Position numbers and translations under genes: made by a program. Positions 27,535-37,876 of a stretch of 64,000 nt of DNA are shown here, in pieces (the stretch's first letter is position 1; every line of letters starts with the position of its first letter). Source of the DNA: an archaeon (GTDB lineage Archaea > Nanobdellota > Nanobdellia > Pacearchaeales > GW2011-AR1); contig JAACWB010000004.1 in the NCBI GenBank assembly GCA_009992215.1, positions 8,006 through 72,005 of the forward strand, written 5' to 3'. Under the pieces are notes generated by a model. That model made no database searches and had not been told where the DNA came from. It saw only the letters and a program-made list of their open reading frames with translations.

Positions 27535-28244
27535 ACAAAAAAGAATTTTTACAAGAGTTAAAGGAACATTTAATTGGACTTAAAGAAGAGGACGTTAAGG
27601 AAATATTAGAAGACTACGAAGAACACTTTAGAATTGGAAAAAGGAAAAAAAGAAAGGAGAGTGAAATTGCAAAGTCGCTTGGAAATCCAAAGGAGATTGC
27701 TCGTGAAGTTAGACGTGAATTACATAAATACAAGGAAGTTTCACTTAATTCTTCTTTAATTGAATTTTGGGTTAATACAAAAAAGCTTGGACGAAATATT
27801 TGGAAAAATATCAAAAAGGAAGTAGCGCATGCAAAGAAAAAAGTAAAAGAAATATTTGAGAAAATTGAAAAGAAGGAAAAGAAGAAAAAAAAGATTAAGA
27901 GAAAAAGAAGTGGTTGGAAAATAACTTTGTTAATTTTGTTAAATTTGTTTTTGATTCTTTGGTTGTGGATAGGACTACTTGGCGGGATTATTGGATTAAT
28001 TGTTTCTAGTTGGGCTATTATTTTTTCTGGAATTGTTTCAATTTTAGGAGTAATTTTTGGATTTATTGTTCCTCATTCTAGAGCAGTTAATGATCTATTC
28101 TTGTCCGCTTTATTTGGACTTATTGGATTAACTTCTTTTGGATTTATTTTTTCTATTGGAACTTGGCAACTTGGAAAGGCATTTTTTTGGTTGACAAATA
28201 AATATCTAAAATGGAATAATAAAATTTTTGGAGGTAGAAAATGA
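27531..28244 (+). CDS. DUF1700-like membrane protein partner of PadR
   Basis: 237 aa. Start overlaps the PadR stop. N-terminal soluble helical domain ([10 protein letters not shown]...YEEHF) followed by C-terminal TM helices. Confidence 0.5.
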   Translation: MNKKEFLQELKEHLIGLKEEDVKEILEDYEEHFRIGKRKKRKESEIAKSLGNPKEIAREVRRELHKYKEVSLNSSLIEFWVNTKKLGRNIWKNIKKEVAHAKKKVKEIFEKIEKKEKKKKKIKRKRSGWKITLLILLNLFLILWLWIGLLGGIIGLIVSSWAIIFSGIVSILGVIFGFIVPHSRAVNDLFLSALFGLIGLTSFGFIFSIGTWQLGKAFFWLTNKYLKWNNKIFGGRK

Positions 28245-28486
28245 ATAGGATAGGAAAGAAATTAGCATTGTTAACAATTATTATGCTCCTTTCATTTATT
28301 GTTTCAGGTTTTTTCTTTTTGAAATCTGGACTCATAGATTTTCAAAATGGCGGAGTTCATGAAGAAGTTGTGATTGAGTTAGAACAAGCTTCTTTTGCGA
28401 CTAATGAATTTTTTGGGTTACCTGTAAATTATAAGAATTGTTACAAAGATTGGTGTGTTGATAAAAATATTGAACCAAAACCCTAA
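28241..28486 (+). CDS. small membrane protein, third gene of the PadR operon
   Basis: 81 aa with an N-terminal TM. Start overlaps the upstream stop. Confidence 0.3.
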   Translation: MNRIGKKLALLTIIMLLSFIVSGFFFLKSGLIDFQNGGVHEEVVIELEQASFATNEFFGLPVNYKNCYKDWCVDKNIEPKP

Positions 28487-28511
28487 TAAAGCAAAATAAA
28501 CTTTTTTCTTT

Positions 28512-29243
28512 ATGACACTTTACTTAATTGGTCTTGGATTAAATGAACGAAGCATTACAAAGGAAGGACTTGATGCTATTAACAAATGTAAAAGAGTTTA
28601 CTTAGAAAGTTATACTGTTGATTTTCCTTATACTAAACACCAACTTGAAGAAATTATTTTGAAAAAAGTTATTCCGGCAAGTCGTGAGAAAGTTGAAGAT
28701 TTGAGTATTGTAGATGAAGCAAAAAAACTAAACGTTGCACTTTTGGTTTATGGTTCACCCTTAACTGCTACAACACATATTACTTTACTTGATGAATGCC
28801 GTCAAACTGGAATCAAATACAAGGTTTGTTACAACGCTTCAATTTTTGATGCTGTTGCTGAAACTGGTTTACAATTATACAAGTTTGGAAAAGTTGCATC
28901 AATGCCAGCTTGGAAAAAATCTTTTGAACCTACTTCATTTATGAAAATTGTTCAACAAAACATGAGTCAAGAAGCACATTCTTTGATTTTGGTGGATATT
29001 GGACTTCAATTTAAGGATGCATTAAAACAATTGAGAAAAGCTGCTGAAGAATATAATATTCCATTAAAGAAATTTATTGTTTGCCAAAAAATGGGAACAA
29101 AAGACAGAAAAATTCTTTACAGAAGTATTGAAGAATTCCGTGGATATGACGGAGTTCAATTACCCTATTGTATAATTTTACCTTCGAAAATGCACTTTGT
29201 TGAAAAAGATGTTGTTGAAAGTTTTAGTAAGATTAAGAAGTGA
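28512..29243 (+). CDS. dph5: diphthine synthase
   Basis: 243 aa. Tetrapyrrole-methylase-fold N-terminus MTLYLIGLGLNERSITKEGL...VYLESYT, typical of Dph5. Confidence 0.8.
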   Translation: MTLYLIGLGLNERSITKEGLDAINKCKRVYLESYTVDFPYTKHQLEEIILKKVIPASREKVEDLSIVDEAKKLNVALLVYGSPLTATTHITLLDECRQTGIKYKVCYNASIFDAVAETGLQLYKFGKVASMPAWKKSFEPTSFMKIVQQNMSQEAHSLILVDIGLQFKDALKQLRKAAEEYNIPLKKFIVCQKMGTKDRKILYRSIEEFRGYDGVQLPYCIILPSKMHFVEKDVVESFSKIKK

Positions 29244-29762
29244 TTAACTACTCCGTTCTCCAAGAATAGTTTTATTATATATTATTTTTGAAAAATATTC
29301 TATGTCTGTTTTCAAAGGTTGTTCTTCTTTTCTTGATAAATATTCTTCTTCTGCTTGAATTAAATCCTTGAAATCTCGCAAATTTGTATAAGCATAATTT
29401 ATTCCAAATAACCCAGGTTTAAATTGAAGTGCTCTTTTTACATGCTTTTTTGGAAATGCCTCCCAGGTGTCTAAACTTTTTGGTCTAATACCTACAAAAC
29501 TTAAATCCCCTTTTAAAAAATTATACAAATTTGGAATTTCATCAAAATGGGTTTTTCTCATCCACGCTCTTTCTTCTATAATTCTTTCATCATCTAGAAT
29601 TTTTCCAAAACCATTTATTCTTCCAACAAATTCAAAGTACTTTATACTATCTGCCCCATTTATCATAGTTTTGAATTTATATAAATTAAATTCTTTACCA
29701 TATTGACCTAAAGATTTTTTCATATAATACTCTTCTCTACTGAAGGGGTTTAATATATTCAT
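29244..29762 (-). CDS. polyprenyl-phosphate sugar phosphotransferase (bacterial sugar transferase family), N-terminally short and possibly truncated
   Basis: 172 aa. Motifs YKFKTM and GDLSFVGIRP of the PF02397 family. It lacks the usual N-terminal membrane segment. Confidence 0.55.
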   Translation of the reverse strand: MNILNPFSREEYYMKKSLGQYGKEFNLYKFKTMINGADSIKYFEFVGRINGFGKILDDERIIEERAWMRKTHFDEIPNLYNFLKGDLSFVGIRPKSLDTWEAFPKKHVKRALQFKPGLFGINYAYTNLRDFKDLIQAEEEYLSRKEEQPLKTDIEYFSKIIYNKTILGERSS

Positions 29763-29800
29763 TAGAAAGCAGAATTTTTAGTTTATTTAAATTTTTCTAA

Positions 29801-30394
29801 TTATTTTCTACCTGGAACAACGTGATGTTTGAAACAACGGGATTCATATGTTTCTTTTTTGCCTTTACCTTCAATTGAAACTATTGGTGCTGTGTATGGG
29901 GCTGGTTCTCCTTCGATTAAACGCTGTGTGTAATATGCTGGTTCTCCACATTTATTACAAATTGCATGGAGTTTTGTTAATTCATTTGAATGAAACATTA
30001 ATTCTTTCATTGCTCCAAAGGGTTCACCCCGAAAATCTGAATCAAGTCCAGCAAAAACTATGTTTTTCATTAATTTTTGTAATTTTAAAATAACCTCAAC
30101 TATCTTTTTATCAAAGAATTGTGCTTCGTCAATTGCAACCAAGTCGTGTGATTGGTTTACATATTCAAAAATTCTTTCTGGTTCATTTGCAGGAATATGA
30201 ATCCAATTAATGAAATTTTCTGTACTTCTACAATGTTTTTCTCGGTTGTCTGTCTTTGGTTTAAATCCGATAAAATTCTTCCCAGGAATCCATCTTAATG
30301 GGTCAACTCTTTTTAGTAATGCGGAACTTTTTCCTGAAGCCATCGGTCCAACAAAACCTTCAATTACTCCATAACGTACAAATATATTTGACAT
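29801..30394 (-). CDS. tdk: thymidine kinase (TK1 type)
   Basis: 197 aa. P-loop GPMASGKSS, IDEAQFF, and C-terminal zinc ligands (CNKCGEPAYYTQR ... CFKHH). Confidence 0.85.
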   Translation of the reverse strand: MSNIFVRYGVIEGFVGPMASGKSSALLKRVDPLRWIPGKNFIGFKPKTDNREKHCRSTENFINWIHIPANEPERIFEYVNQSHDLVAIDEAQFFDKKIVEVILKLQKLMKNIVFAGLDSDFRGEPFGAMKELMFHSNELTKLHAICNKCGEPAYYTQRLIEGEPAPYTAPIVSIEGKGKKETYESRCFKHHVVPGRK

Positions 30395-30489
30395 AATTTA
30401 AAATAAAAAAAATAGTTAATAAGTATTATTATACTTTGAATTGATAATGAATACCGAAATTTTATAAAACCACAAAACCTCAATTTTCC

Positions 30490-33327
30490 ATGACAAACAT
30501 CAATGAAATCGAACAACAAATAATTGATTACTGGAAGAAAGAAAAAATATTTAAAAAATCTTTAGAGAGAACAAAAAATGGAAAGCCATATATTTTTTAT
30601 GATGGTCCGCCATTTGCAACTGGTTTGCCACATTACGGTCACTTACTAGCTTCAATTCTAAAAGATGTTTTTCCAAGATTTTTTACGATGAATGGAATGT
30701 ATGTGAAAAGAAATTGGGGTTGGGATTGTCACGGACTTCCTGTTGAAAATATTGCAGAGAAGGAACTTGGAATTAATTCAAAAGATGAAATTGAAGAAAT
30801 GGGAGTTCAGAAATTTAATAATTTTTGTCGAAGTAAAGTAATGACTTATGCTGATGAATGGGAAAAATATGTTGACAGAATTGGTCGTTGGGTAGATTTT
30901 GCCGGCGGATACAAAACAATGGATACAAATTATATTGAATCTGTTTGGTGGGCGTTTAAGCAATTATATGAAAAAGGATATTTATACGAGGGAGAAAAAA
31001 TTTTAATGTATTGCCCGAGGTGTTCAACTCCGTTAGCAAAGTCAGAGATTGCAATGGATAATTCTTACAAGAATGTAAAAGACATAACAATTACAGTAAA
31101 ATTCAAATTAGATGGATATGAAAACACTTACGCGATTGCTTGGACAACAACTCCTTGGACACTTCCATCAAACTTGGCTTTGGCAGTTGGACCAGAATTA
31201 GAATATACTTTTGTGAAAGACAAATCGGATGGAAATACTTATGTTATGGCAAAAGAATTAATTCAAAACTTTTACAAATCAGAGGAAGATTATGAAATTA
31301 CAAAAGTAATGAAAGGTAAGGAATTAGAAGGACAAAAATATGAACCATTATTTCCATATTTCAAAGATACAGAAAACGCATTTCAATTTATTTTGGGAGA
31401 TTTTGTGACGGCTGAAGACGGTACTGGAATTGTTCACACTGCTCCTGCATTTGGAGAGGATGACAATATTGTTTGTAGAAAATATAAAATTCCAATGGTT
31501 CAACCAGTGGATGAAACCGGACATTTTACAAGTGAAGTTACTGATTATGCAGGTAAATATATTCATGATACAAATGAAGAAATTGTAATTGATTTAAAGA
31601 AATCAGGAAAAGCAATTGCGTCAAGGAAAATGGAACATGAATATCCGTTTTGTTACAGATGTGACACAAAATTAATGTATAGAGCACTTCCAGCATGGTT
31701 TGTTGATATTCAAAAAATTAAGGAGAGACTTTTAGAATTAAATATGAATATTAATTGGATTCCATCTTTCATTAAGGAAGGTAGAATGAAACATAACATT
31801 ACAACTGCACCTGATTGGAATATTACAAGAAATAGATATTGGGCAACAGCAATTCCAATTTGGAAATCTACTTCAGGAAAGATAAAAGTTTTAGGTTCAA
31901 TTGAAGAATTAAAACAATATGCAACTAATTTGCCTGAAGGAGTAGAAATTGATTTACACAAAGATTTTTTGGATTCAATTAAATTAGAAATTGATGGAGA
32001 AGAATATACGAGAATTCCAGAAGTTTTGGATTGTTGGTTTGAATCAGGTTCGATGACTTTTGCACAATTTCATTATCCGTTTGAAAATAAAGAATTTTTT
32101 GATACTAATTTCCCTGCACAATTTGTTGTAGAATATATTGGACAAACAAGAGCCTGGTTTTATTACATGATTGCACTTTCAGCAATTTTATTTGATAAAA
32201 TTCCTTTTGAAAATGTTTTGACAACGGGAACAATTTTGGCTGAAGATGGGCAAAAAATGAGTAAGTCAAAAAAGAATTATCCGGACCCACTAGAAGTTGT
32301 TGAAAAATACGGAGCGGACGCTTTAAGATTTTACTTGTTACAGTCCCCAGTTATGAATGCTGACAATTTTAATTTTTCAGAAAAAGGATTACAAGAAATT
32401 TACAAGAAAGTTATGGTTCTATTGTATAATGTTAGAAATTTTTATAATGAGTACAAACAAGATTCAGATTTGGAATTTGTAAAATCAGATAATGTAATGG
32501 ATAAATGGATTTTATCAATAACAGAAAAATTATCTTCTTTTGTTAAAAAATATTTGGAAGAATATAATACAGTAAAAGCTTGTGCGGAGATTAAAAAATA
32601 TTTAGAAGATTTGTCAACTTGGTATGTTAGAAATTCTAGAGATAGATTTAATGAAGGAAATGAAAATGCAAGAAAAACTTTAAGGTACGTTTTAGAAAAA
32701 ATATCAAGAGTTTTAGCTCCAATTATTCCTTTTGCAGCAGAAAAAGTTTTCCAAGACATGAATGGAAAAGAAAAATCAGTTCATTTGCAAGATTGGCCAA
32801 ATTCAGATGATTCTTTGATTGATGAAGAATTGGAAAAAGAAATGAATTTAGTTAGAGAAATTGTTTCTCAAGGTTTAAGACAAAGAGATCAAAATAATGC
32901 TAGTTTAAAGTGGCCTCTTTCAAAAGTTGATATTGAATCAACAACATTACTTCCGGCAGGATTTATACCAATTATTGCGCAGGAATTAAATGTTAAAGTT
33001 GTTGAAATTAAAGAATCAAAAGAAATTAAAGTAGAACTTGATTTAGAAATGACTCCCGGTTTAGAAGCCGAAGGATATATGCGTGAACTTTCAAGAAATA
33101 TTCAAGCGACTAGAAAAAAACTTGGATTGAACAAGGAAGATTCAATTGATTTAGAAATTTATTCTCCTGAATTAAAAGAAATAATTGAAAATGGAATTGA
33201 ATTTTTGAAAGAAAGAACTGGTTCAAGAGAAATAAAAATCATGGAAACGTCGATTAAATCTGATGATTTAGTTGAATTCAAAATTAAGGATAAAGATGGT
33301 TCTTTTGTTGTAAAGTTAAACTACTAG
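30490..33327 (+). CDS. ileS: isoleucyl-tRNA synthetase (compact archaeal form)
   Basis: 945 aa. HIGH region PHYGHL, WGWDCHGLPVE, KMSKSKKN, and a CP1 editing insertion. Confidence 0.85.
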   Translation: MTNINEIEQQIIDYWKKEKIFKKSLERTKNGKPYIFYDGPPFATGLPHYGHLLASILKDVFPRFFTMNGMYVKRNWGWDCHGLPVENIAEKELGINSKDEIEEMGVQKFNNFCRSKVMTYADEWEKYVDRIGRWVDFAGGYKTMDTNYIESVWWAFKQLYEKGYLYEGEKILMYCPRCSTPLAKSEIAMDNSYKNVKDITITVKFKLDGYENTYAIAWTTTPWTLPSNLALAVGPELEYTFVKDKSDGNTYVMAKELIQNFYKSEEDYEITKVMKGKELEGQKYEPLFPYFKDTENAFQFILGDFVTAEDGTGIVHTAPAFGEDDNIVCRKYKIPMVQPVDETGHFTSEVTDYAGKYIHDTNEEIVIDLKKSGKAIASRKMEHEYPFCYRCDTKLMYRALPAWFVDIQKIKERLLELNMNINWIPSFIKEGRMKHNITTAPDWNITRNRYWATAIPIWKSTSGKIKVLGSIEELKQYATNLPEGVEIDLHKDFLDSIKLEIDGEEYTRIPEVLDCWFESGSMTFAQFHYPFENKEFFDTNFPAQFVVEYIGQTRAWFYYMIALSAILFDKIPFENVLTTGTILAEDGQKMSKSKKNYPDPLEVVEKYGADALRFYLLQSPVMNADNFNFSEKGLQEIYKKVMVLLYNVRNFYNEYKQDSDLEFVKSDNVMDKWILSITEKLSSFVKKYLEEYNTVKACAEIKKYLEDLSTWYVRNSRDRFNEGNENARKTLRYVLEKISRVLAPIIPFAAEKVFQDMNGKEKSVHLQDWPNSDDSLIDEELEKEMNLVREIVSQGLRQRDQNNASLKWPLSKVDIESTTLLPAGFIPIIAQELNVKVVEIKESKEIKVELDLEMTPGLEAEGYMRELSRNIQATRKKLGLNKEDSIDLEIYSPELKEIIENGIEFLKERTGSREIKIMETSIKSDDLVEFKIKDKDGSFVVKLNY

Positions 33328-33403
33328 GGAGTAACTCTCACTAATTACTTTTCTAAGATAGCAATCTTTAAAAAGGAAAAAGACTTTTGTTAATTAAAGT
33401 AAA

Positions 33404-34210
33404 ATGATAGTTAAAGATGAGTTTTTATCAAGGTTGAGAAAAATTTTCGACTTGAATTTATACGAGGTGAAGGTGTGGACAGCTCTTCTTTCTAGAGGAA
33501 CTTCGACAGCTGGAGAATTATCGAATATTTCTGATGTACCTCGTTCTAGAACATATGATATTTTAGAATCTTTAGAGAAAAAAGGATTCATTATTATGAA
33601 AGTTGGTAAACCAATCAAATTTGTTGCTCTAAAACCAGAAGAAGTTGTTGAAAGAGTGAAAAAGAACTTAATGGTTGAAGCTAAAGAGAGAACAAAGAGA
33701 TTAGAAACTTTGAAAGGCGATGAAGTTTTGGAAGAATTAACTGGATTATTTACTAAAGGGATTAAATTTGTTGAACCAAGTGATTTATCTGGTAGCTTGA
33801 AAGGTAGACAAAATTTATACAACCACTTAGATATGATGGTTCGTGACGCAGAAAAAACAATAACTATGGTTACAACAGGAGAAGGATTAAATAGAAAATT
33901 AGAAGCATTACTTCCTTCGCTTGAAAAAGTTAAGAAAAGAGGAGTTGTAATTAGAATTGCTGCTCCAATTGATAACAATAATATTGAAGTTGCTCGTGAA
34001 TTAAGTAAAGTTGCTGAAGTTAGAAAATTAGACAAAATTAAGGCAAGATTTACAATTATTGATGGTAATCAATTAATGTTTATGCTTTTAGATGATGAAA
34101 AATTCCATCCTAACTATGACGTTGGAGTTTGGATTAATACTGAATTTTTTGCTCAAGCACTAGAACAGATGTTTGAAATGGCTTGGAATGAAATGAAACC
34201 TATCAAGTAA
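33404..34210 (+). CDS. TrmB-family transcriptional regulator
   Basis: 268 aa. N-terminal wHTH (YEVKVWTALLSRGTSTAGELSNISDVPRSRTYDILESLEKKGFI) plus a C-terminal TrmB domain. Confidence 0.7.
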   Translation: MIVKDEFLSRLRKIFDLNLYEVKVWTALLSRGTSTAGELSNISDVPRSRTYDILESLEKKGFIIMKVGKPIKFVALKPEEVVERVKKNLMVEAKERTKRLETLKGDEVLEELTGLFTKGIKFVEPSDLSGSLKGRQNLYNHLDMMVRDAEKTITMVTTGEGLNRKLEALLPSLEKVKKRGVVIRIAAPIDNNNIEVARELSKVAEVRKLDKIKARFTIIDGNQLMFMLLDDEKFHPNYDVGVWINTEFFAQALEQMFEMAWNEMKPIK

Positions 34211-34330
34211 TAATTTTTATTCTTTTTTGTCTATATCTAAGAAATAATTTTTTACAATCAGACGATTGCTGCAAAATAATTTCTAAAATCTATCCTAAAA
34301 AATAATTCAAAATTGAAAAATAGAATTAAT

Positions 34331-34366
34331 TTAGATTAGCTAAATTTTTATAAATTCCTGAATTAA
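34331..34366 (+). promoter_or_regulatory. 36-bp promoter-like element, copy 1 (contains the TATA-like TTTATAAA), 8 nt upstream of the ATG of the 34375 gene
   Basis: TTAGATTAGCTAAATTTTTATAAATTCCTGAATTAA. It is identical to the copy at 35015-35050. The TATA-like box lies about 22-29 nt upstream of the start codon, implying a leaderless transcript. Confidence 0.5.
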
Positions 34367-34374
34367 ATAAATGT

Positions 34375-35022
34375 ATGAGTAAATATATTGAAGATTTAAC
34401 AGATGAAGAATTAAAGAAATTAGAAAGAGTTTGTTCTGGAAAAGCTTTAACTCAATATTATTTAGATACAAAAAAAGGAGATTCAAATATTCAATTTCAA
34501 AAATTAATTTGGAAGACGAATTATTATGGAAAAGATTTATTTAAATTTAGAGAAGCTTACAAAAGAGATAATCTATCAATGGAGGAAAATGGATTGAATT
34601 TTGTTTTTACAGGATTAACCTTGGATTATTTAGTTGATTTGACTGAAGATGGAATTGAAAAATGGAAAAAAGAAAATGAAAATAAATTTGAGGTTATAGA
34701 TTACGGAAGAAATAAATATAATTATGCAACGGGAAAATTCAATGTAAAGCCCATTAGTATTGATTTTGAATTAAATGGATTGAAAGTCAATGCAAAGATT
34801 GTAAATTATATTGATGAACTCTATAAATGCCCTTTTTCTATTTTTGAGAATGAAGAATTTATCAAAGGATACAAATTGTATGAATTAACCAATACTAAAA
34901 ATAACAGAAAAATTAAATTTTCAAATATTGTTTCCCACATGATTCAACAACACCATTTTTTTGGAGGGAAAAATTCAGATAACAGATTAGAGCCGAAAGA
35001 ATTTTCTGATTTTTTAGATTAG
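34375..35022 (+). CDS. hypothetical protein
   Basis: 215-aa ORF directly downstream of promoter-repeat copy 1. Confidence 0.4.
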   Translation: MSKYIEDLTDEELKKLERVCSGKALTQYYLDTKKGDSNIQFQKLIWKTNYYGKDLFKFREAYKRDNLSMEENGLNFVFTGLTLDYLVDLTEDGIEKWKKENENKFEVIDYGRNKYNYATGKFNVKPISIDFELNGLKVNAKIVNYIDELYKCPFSIFENEEFIKGYKLYELTNTKNNRKIKFSNIVSHMIQQHHFFGGKNSDNRLEPKEFSDFLD

Positions 35023-35050
35023 CTAAATTTTTATAAATTCCTGAATTAAG
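35015..35050 (+). promoter_or_regulatory. 36-bp promoter-like element, copy 2, 7 nt upstream of the ATG of the 35058 gene
   Basis: Perfect 36/36 direct repeat of the element at 34331-34366. It overlaps the stop codon of the preceding ORF. Confidence 0.5.
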
Positions 35051-35057
35051 TAATAAT

Positions 35058-35477
35058 ATGACTAAACACATTTGTACAATATGCAAGAATTCCTTTCCTG
35101 ATAAAGATTCTGCAATCTTCCACGAAGAACTTCCTATTTTGGAAGGAATTTATCATGGCATGATACTAAAAGAGGAAATTGGTTATTTGGTGTTTAGGAA
35201 ATCTGACAAAATTTCAAAAGAGCATGAAAGAATTTATACAGTTTCTAAATTTTTCAAAGTTCAAGATAAAGGTGGAATTGGACGGTATTTGAAAAAATAT
35301 TCTTATTCAGAAATTGACAAGAAAGTTGAAGATAAAGAATTTGTTGGACTTAGCACAGAAGAATTTGAATCTGTAAAACATTTTTTAGAAAAAAATCATC
35401 TTTATCATGATATTTTAGAATTCAAAAATTTGGATGAAACGCTAGAACTTATTCCAAAGAAAAAAAGAAATAATTAA
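35058..35477 (+). CDS. hypothetical protein with N-terminal Cys2-His zinc-finger-like motif
   Basis: 139 aa with CTICKNSFPDKDSAIFHEE near the N-terminus. Confidence 0.4.
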   Translation: MTKHICTICKNSFPDKDSAIFHEELPILEGIYHGMILKEEIGYLVFRKSDKISKEHERIYTVSKFFKVQDKGGIGRYLKKYSYSEIDKKVEDKEFVGLSTEEFESVKHFLEKNHLYHDILEFKNLDETLELIPKKKRNN

Positions 35478-37270
35478 TCTTTCAAGTATCCTCCACTTTG
35501 CATTTCCCAAAGCTTGTAATACTCCCCTTTCTTTCTTAATAATTCTTGATGACTTCCTTGTTCTATAATTTCTCCTTCTTTTAGGACAATTATTCTATCT
35601 GCTTTCATAATTGTTGATAGTCTATGTGCAATAATAATTGATGTACGGCCTTCAAGGAGTTTTTCAAGTGCTTTTTGTATTTCATTTTCAGTTTCAGAAT
35701 CTAGTGCACTTGTTGCTTCATCTAAAACCAAAACTTTTTTGTCTGCTAAAATTGCTCTGGCAATAGAAACCCTTTGTTTTTCTCCGCCTGAAAGTTTAAC
35801 CCCTCTTTCTCCAACAATTGTGTCTAATCCTTTTGGAAAATTCTTGATTGATTTTTCTAATTGTGCTAATTTAACTGCTTTCAAAACTTCCTCTCTTTTT
35901 GCAGAAGGCTTTGAAAATAAAATATTATTATAAATTGTATCATCAAATAAAATTGCTTCTTGTGGCACAATTCCAGTTTCGCTACGTAAACTTTCTTGTT
36001 TAAAATTTCTAATGTCTTCACCATCAATTAAAATCTCCCCAGACTCAACATCATAAAATCTATTTAATAATTTTACAACAGTTGTTTTTCCTGAGCCTGA
36101 ATGTCCAACTAATGCTACTTTTTCTTGAGGATTTATCTTCAAATTAAAATGATTAAAAATTTCTCTTTCATTTTCTTTTTCTTCATACTTGAATGAAACA
36201 TTTCTAAATTCAATTTCTCCTTTTTTAATTTTCAAATTTTTAGCATTTGGTTTATCTTTAATTTCGTTTTGTATTTTCCCATATTCTAAAAGTTCTTGCA
36301 TATCAGTAAGTGATTGTGAAGTTGATCTAATCCCCCAAATTAAATAATGTAAACTCCCAGTAACTTGTCCAAATAAACCATAAATTAAAACAACTGAACC
36401 TAAAGTTATTTTTCCCTTCAAGAAATCTTTTACTGCAAAAAATAAAATTGCCAATGTTCCAAATCCAAAAATTAATAATTGAATAAGCTCAATTTTTGAA
36501 TAAAACTTATTGAATCTTGTTGAGAGTTTCTGAACTTTTTTTAATATCTTGGAATACAATTTTTCCAATTTTTTTTCTTTACCATAATATTTTATCGACT
36601 CAACGTTAGTCAAGGAATCATTAATAAAAGAATTTTCTATATCTGAATATTTGTTTGCTTCTTTTTTTATTTTATTCTGTTCTTTGTATGTCCAGAGGCT
36701 ATAAAATACAAATGAAATAGAAGTTATCATCAAAATAATTATTGGGGTTATTGAGATAAAAGAAAATGAAATAATCACAATAGTTAAACCAATTATTGGT
36801 GGTAAAAGCCCCCAAAGAATAAATGAATTTAAATTTCCAAATGCGGCAACCCCACGACTTAATTTAGAAAGTAATCCTCCCGTTTTATGTCTATTATGAA
36901 ATTTAATATCTAAAGACAAAACGTGATTAAAATATTTTTTTCTAAGTTCTGCAGATATTTTTGGATTTATGATTGCAGTAAAATAATCATAGCCTGCACG
37001 ACCAAAACTTCTTACAATTATTATTATCCCAAAAACCAATGCTAAAATTAATAAATTTTCAACAAAAACTGGTTGATTCAATGCTCCAGAAATAAATTTT
37101 TCTGAATCATCAATTAATTTTTTGTACAAAAATTTATCGGCCAAAAATAAAAATTCAGTTATTAATACAACAATCAAAGCTAAAAAAACAAACAATTTAT
37201 AATTTTTTAATGTCTTAAAATATTCTTTTAAATTATATTTGTAGTCAATTTTTTTCTCTTTTTTTTCCAT
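35474..37270 (-). CDS. ABC exporter, fused permease-ATPase (MsbA/type I exporter fold)
   Basis: 598 aa. Six TM helices, Walker A GHSGSGKTT, signature LSGGEKQRVSIARA and Walker B VLVLDEATS. Confidence 0.85.
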   Translation of the reverse strand: MEKKEKKIDYKYNLKEYFKTLKNYKLFVFLALIVVLITEFLFLADKFLYKKLIDDSEKFISGALNQPVFVENLLILALVFGIIIIVRSFGRAGYDYFTAIINPKISAELRKKYFNHVLSLDIKFHNRHKTGGLLSKLSRGVAAFGNLNSFILWGLLPPIIGLTIVIISFSFISITPIIILMITSISFVFYSLWTYKEQNKIKKEANKYSDIENSFINDSLTNVESIKYYGKEKKLEKLYSKILKKVQKLSTRFNKFYSKIELIQLLIFGFGTLAILFFAVKDFLKGKITLGSVVLIYGLFGQVTGSLHYLIWGIRSTSQSLTDMQELLEYGKIQNEIKDKPNAKNLKIKKGEIEFRNVSFKYEEKENEREIFNHFNLKINPQEKVALVGHSGSGKTTVVKLLNRFYDVESGEILIDGEDIRNFKQESLRSETGIVPQEAILFDDTIYNNILFSKPSAKREEVLKAVKLAQLEKSIKNFPKGLDTIVGERGVKLSGGEKQRVSIARAILADKKVLVLDEATSALDSETENEIQKALEKLLEGRTSIIIAHRLSTIMKADRIIVLKEGEIIEQGSHQELLRKKGEYYKLWEMQSGGYLKD

Positions 37271-37346
37271 CTTAAATTTAATGTTAACTTGACTTATAAA
37301 TTTTAGTTAAAGTAAAGATTAAATATCTCTTTTTCTTAGAAAAAAT

Positions 37347-37838
37347 ATGAAAGAGAAGAAGGAAAAAGAAAAAGTTGAAGATAATGAAAAAGAAGAAAAA
37401 GAAATTAAGGAAATTTCAAAAAATTTGGATGTAACTGAAATTTTTAATAAGATAAAAAATGATTTGCCTCCATTAGAAGAAGAAATATTTTTGGAAGAAG
37501 AGTTAATCGAAAGAATGAATTCTCCCGTTAAAGTTTCTCTTGAAAAAAGAGGAGTCGCTTCAAGTTTGGAAGATATTCTTCCAAAAACAAAATCATTTGA
37601 AAATAAGGATAACGAAAAAGTAGAATATTCAGTTTTTAAGGAAGGAAAAAAAGAATATGAAACAAAAATTGAAAATGAAGTTCGTCCTCCCGAACTTTTG
37701 ATGCAAAAAGATTTACTTGAAGAACAAAAAAAATTATATTTAAGAGAAAAAAGAAAAAATGATGAAGATTTTTTACTCCCAAATTTACAAGAACAGATGC
37801 GAGAGAAATATGAAAATAAAAAATATAATAATAACTAA
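37347..37838 (+). CDS. hypothetical K/E-rich protein
   Basis: 163 aa with highly charged low-complexity composition. Confidence 0.35.
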   Translation: MKEKKEKEKVEDNEKEEKEIKEISKNLDVTEIFNKIKNDLPPLEEEIFLEEELIERMNSPVKVSLEKRGVASSLEDILPKTKSFENKDNEKVEYSVFKEGKKEYETKIENEVRPPELLMQKDLLEEQKKLYLREKRKNDEDFLLPNLQEQMREKYENKKYNNN

Positions 37839-37876
37839 TTCAACAAATATATAAATATGATTTCTCTATAATTTTT

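Noticed and set aside
33394-34035. 213-aa minus-strand ORF
   Set aside because: It is entirely antisense to the well-supported TrmB regulator gene (33404-34210), with a Ser/Leu/Phe-rich shadow-frame composition.
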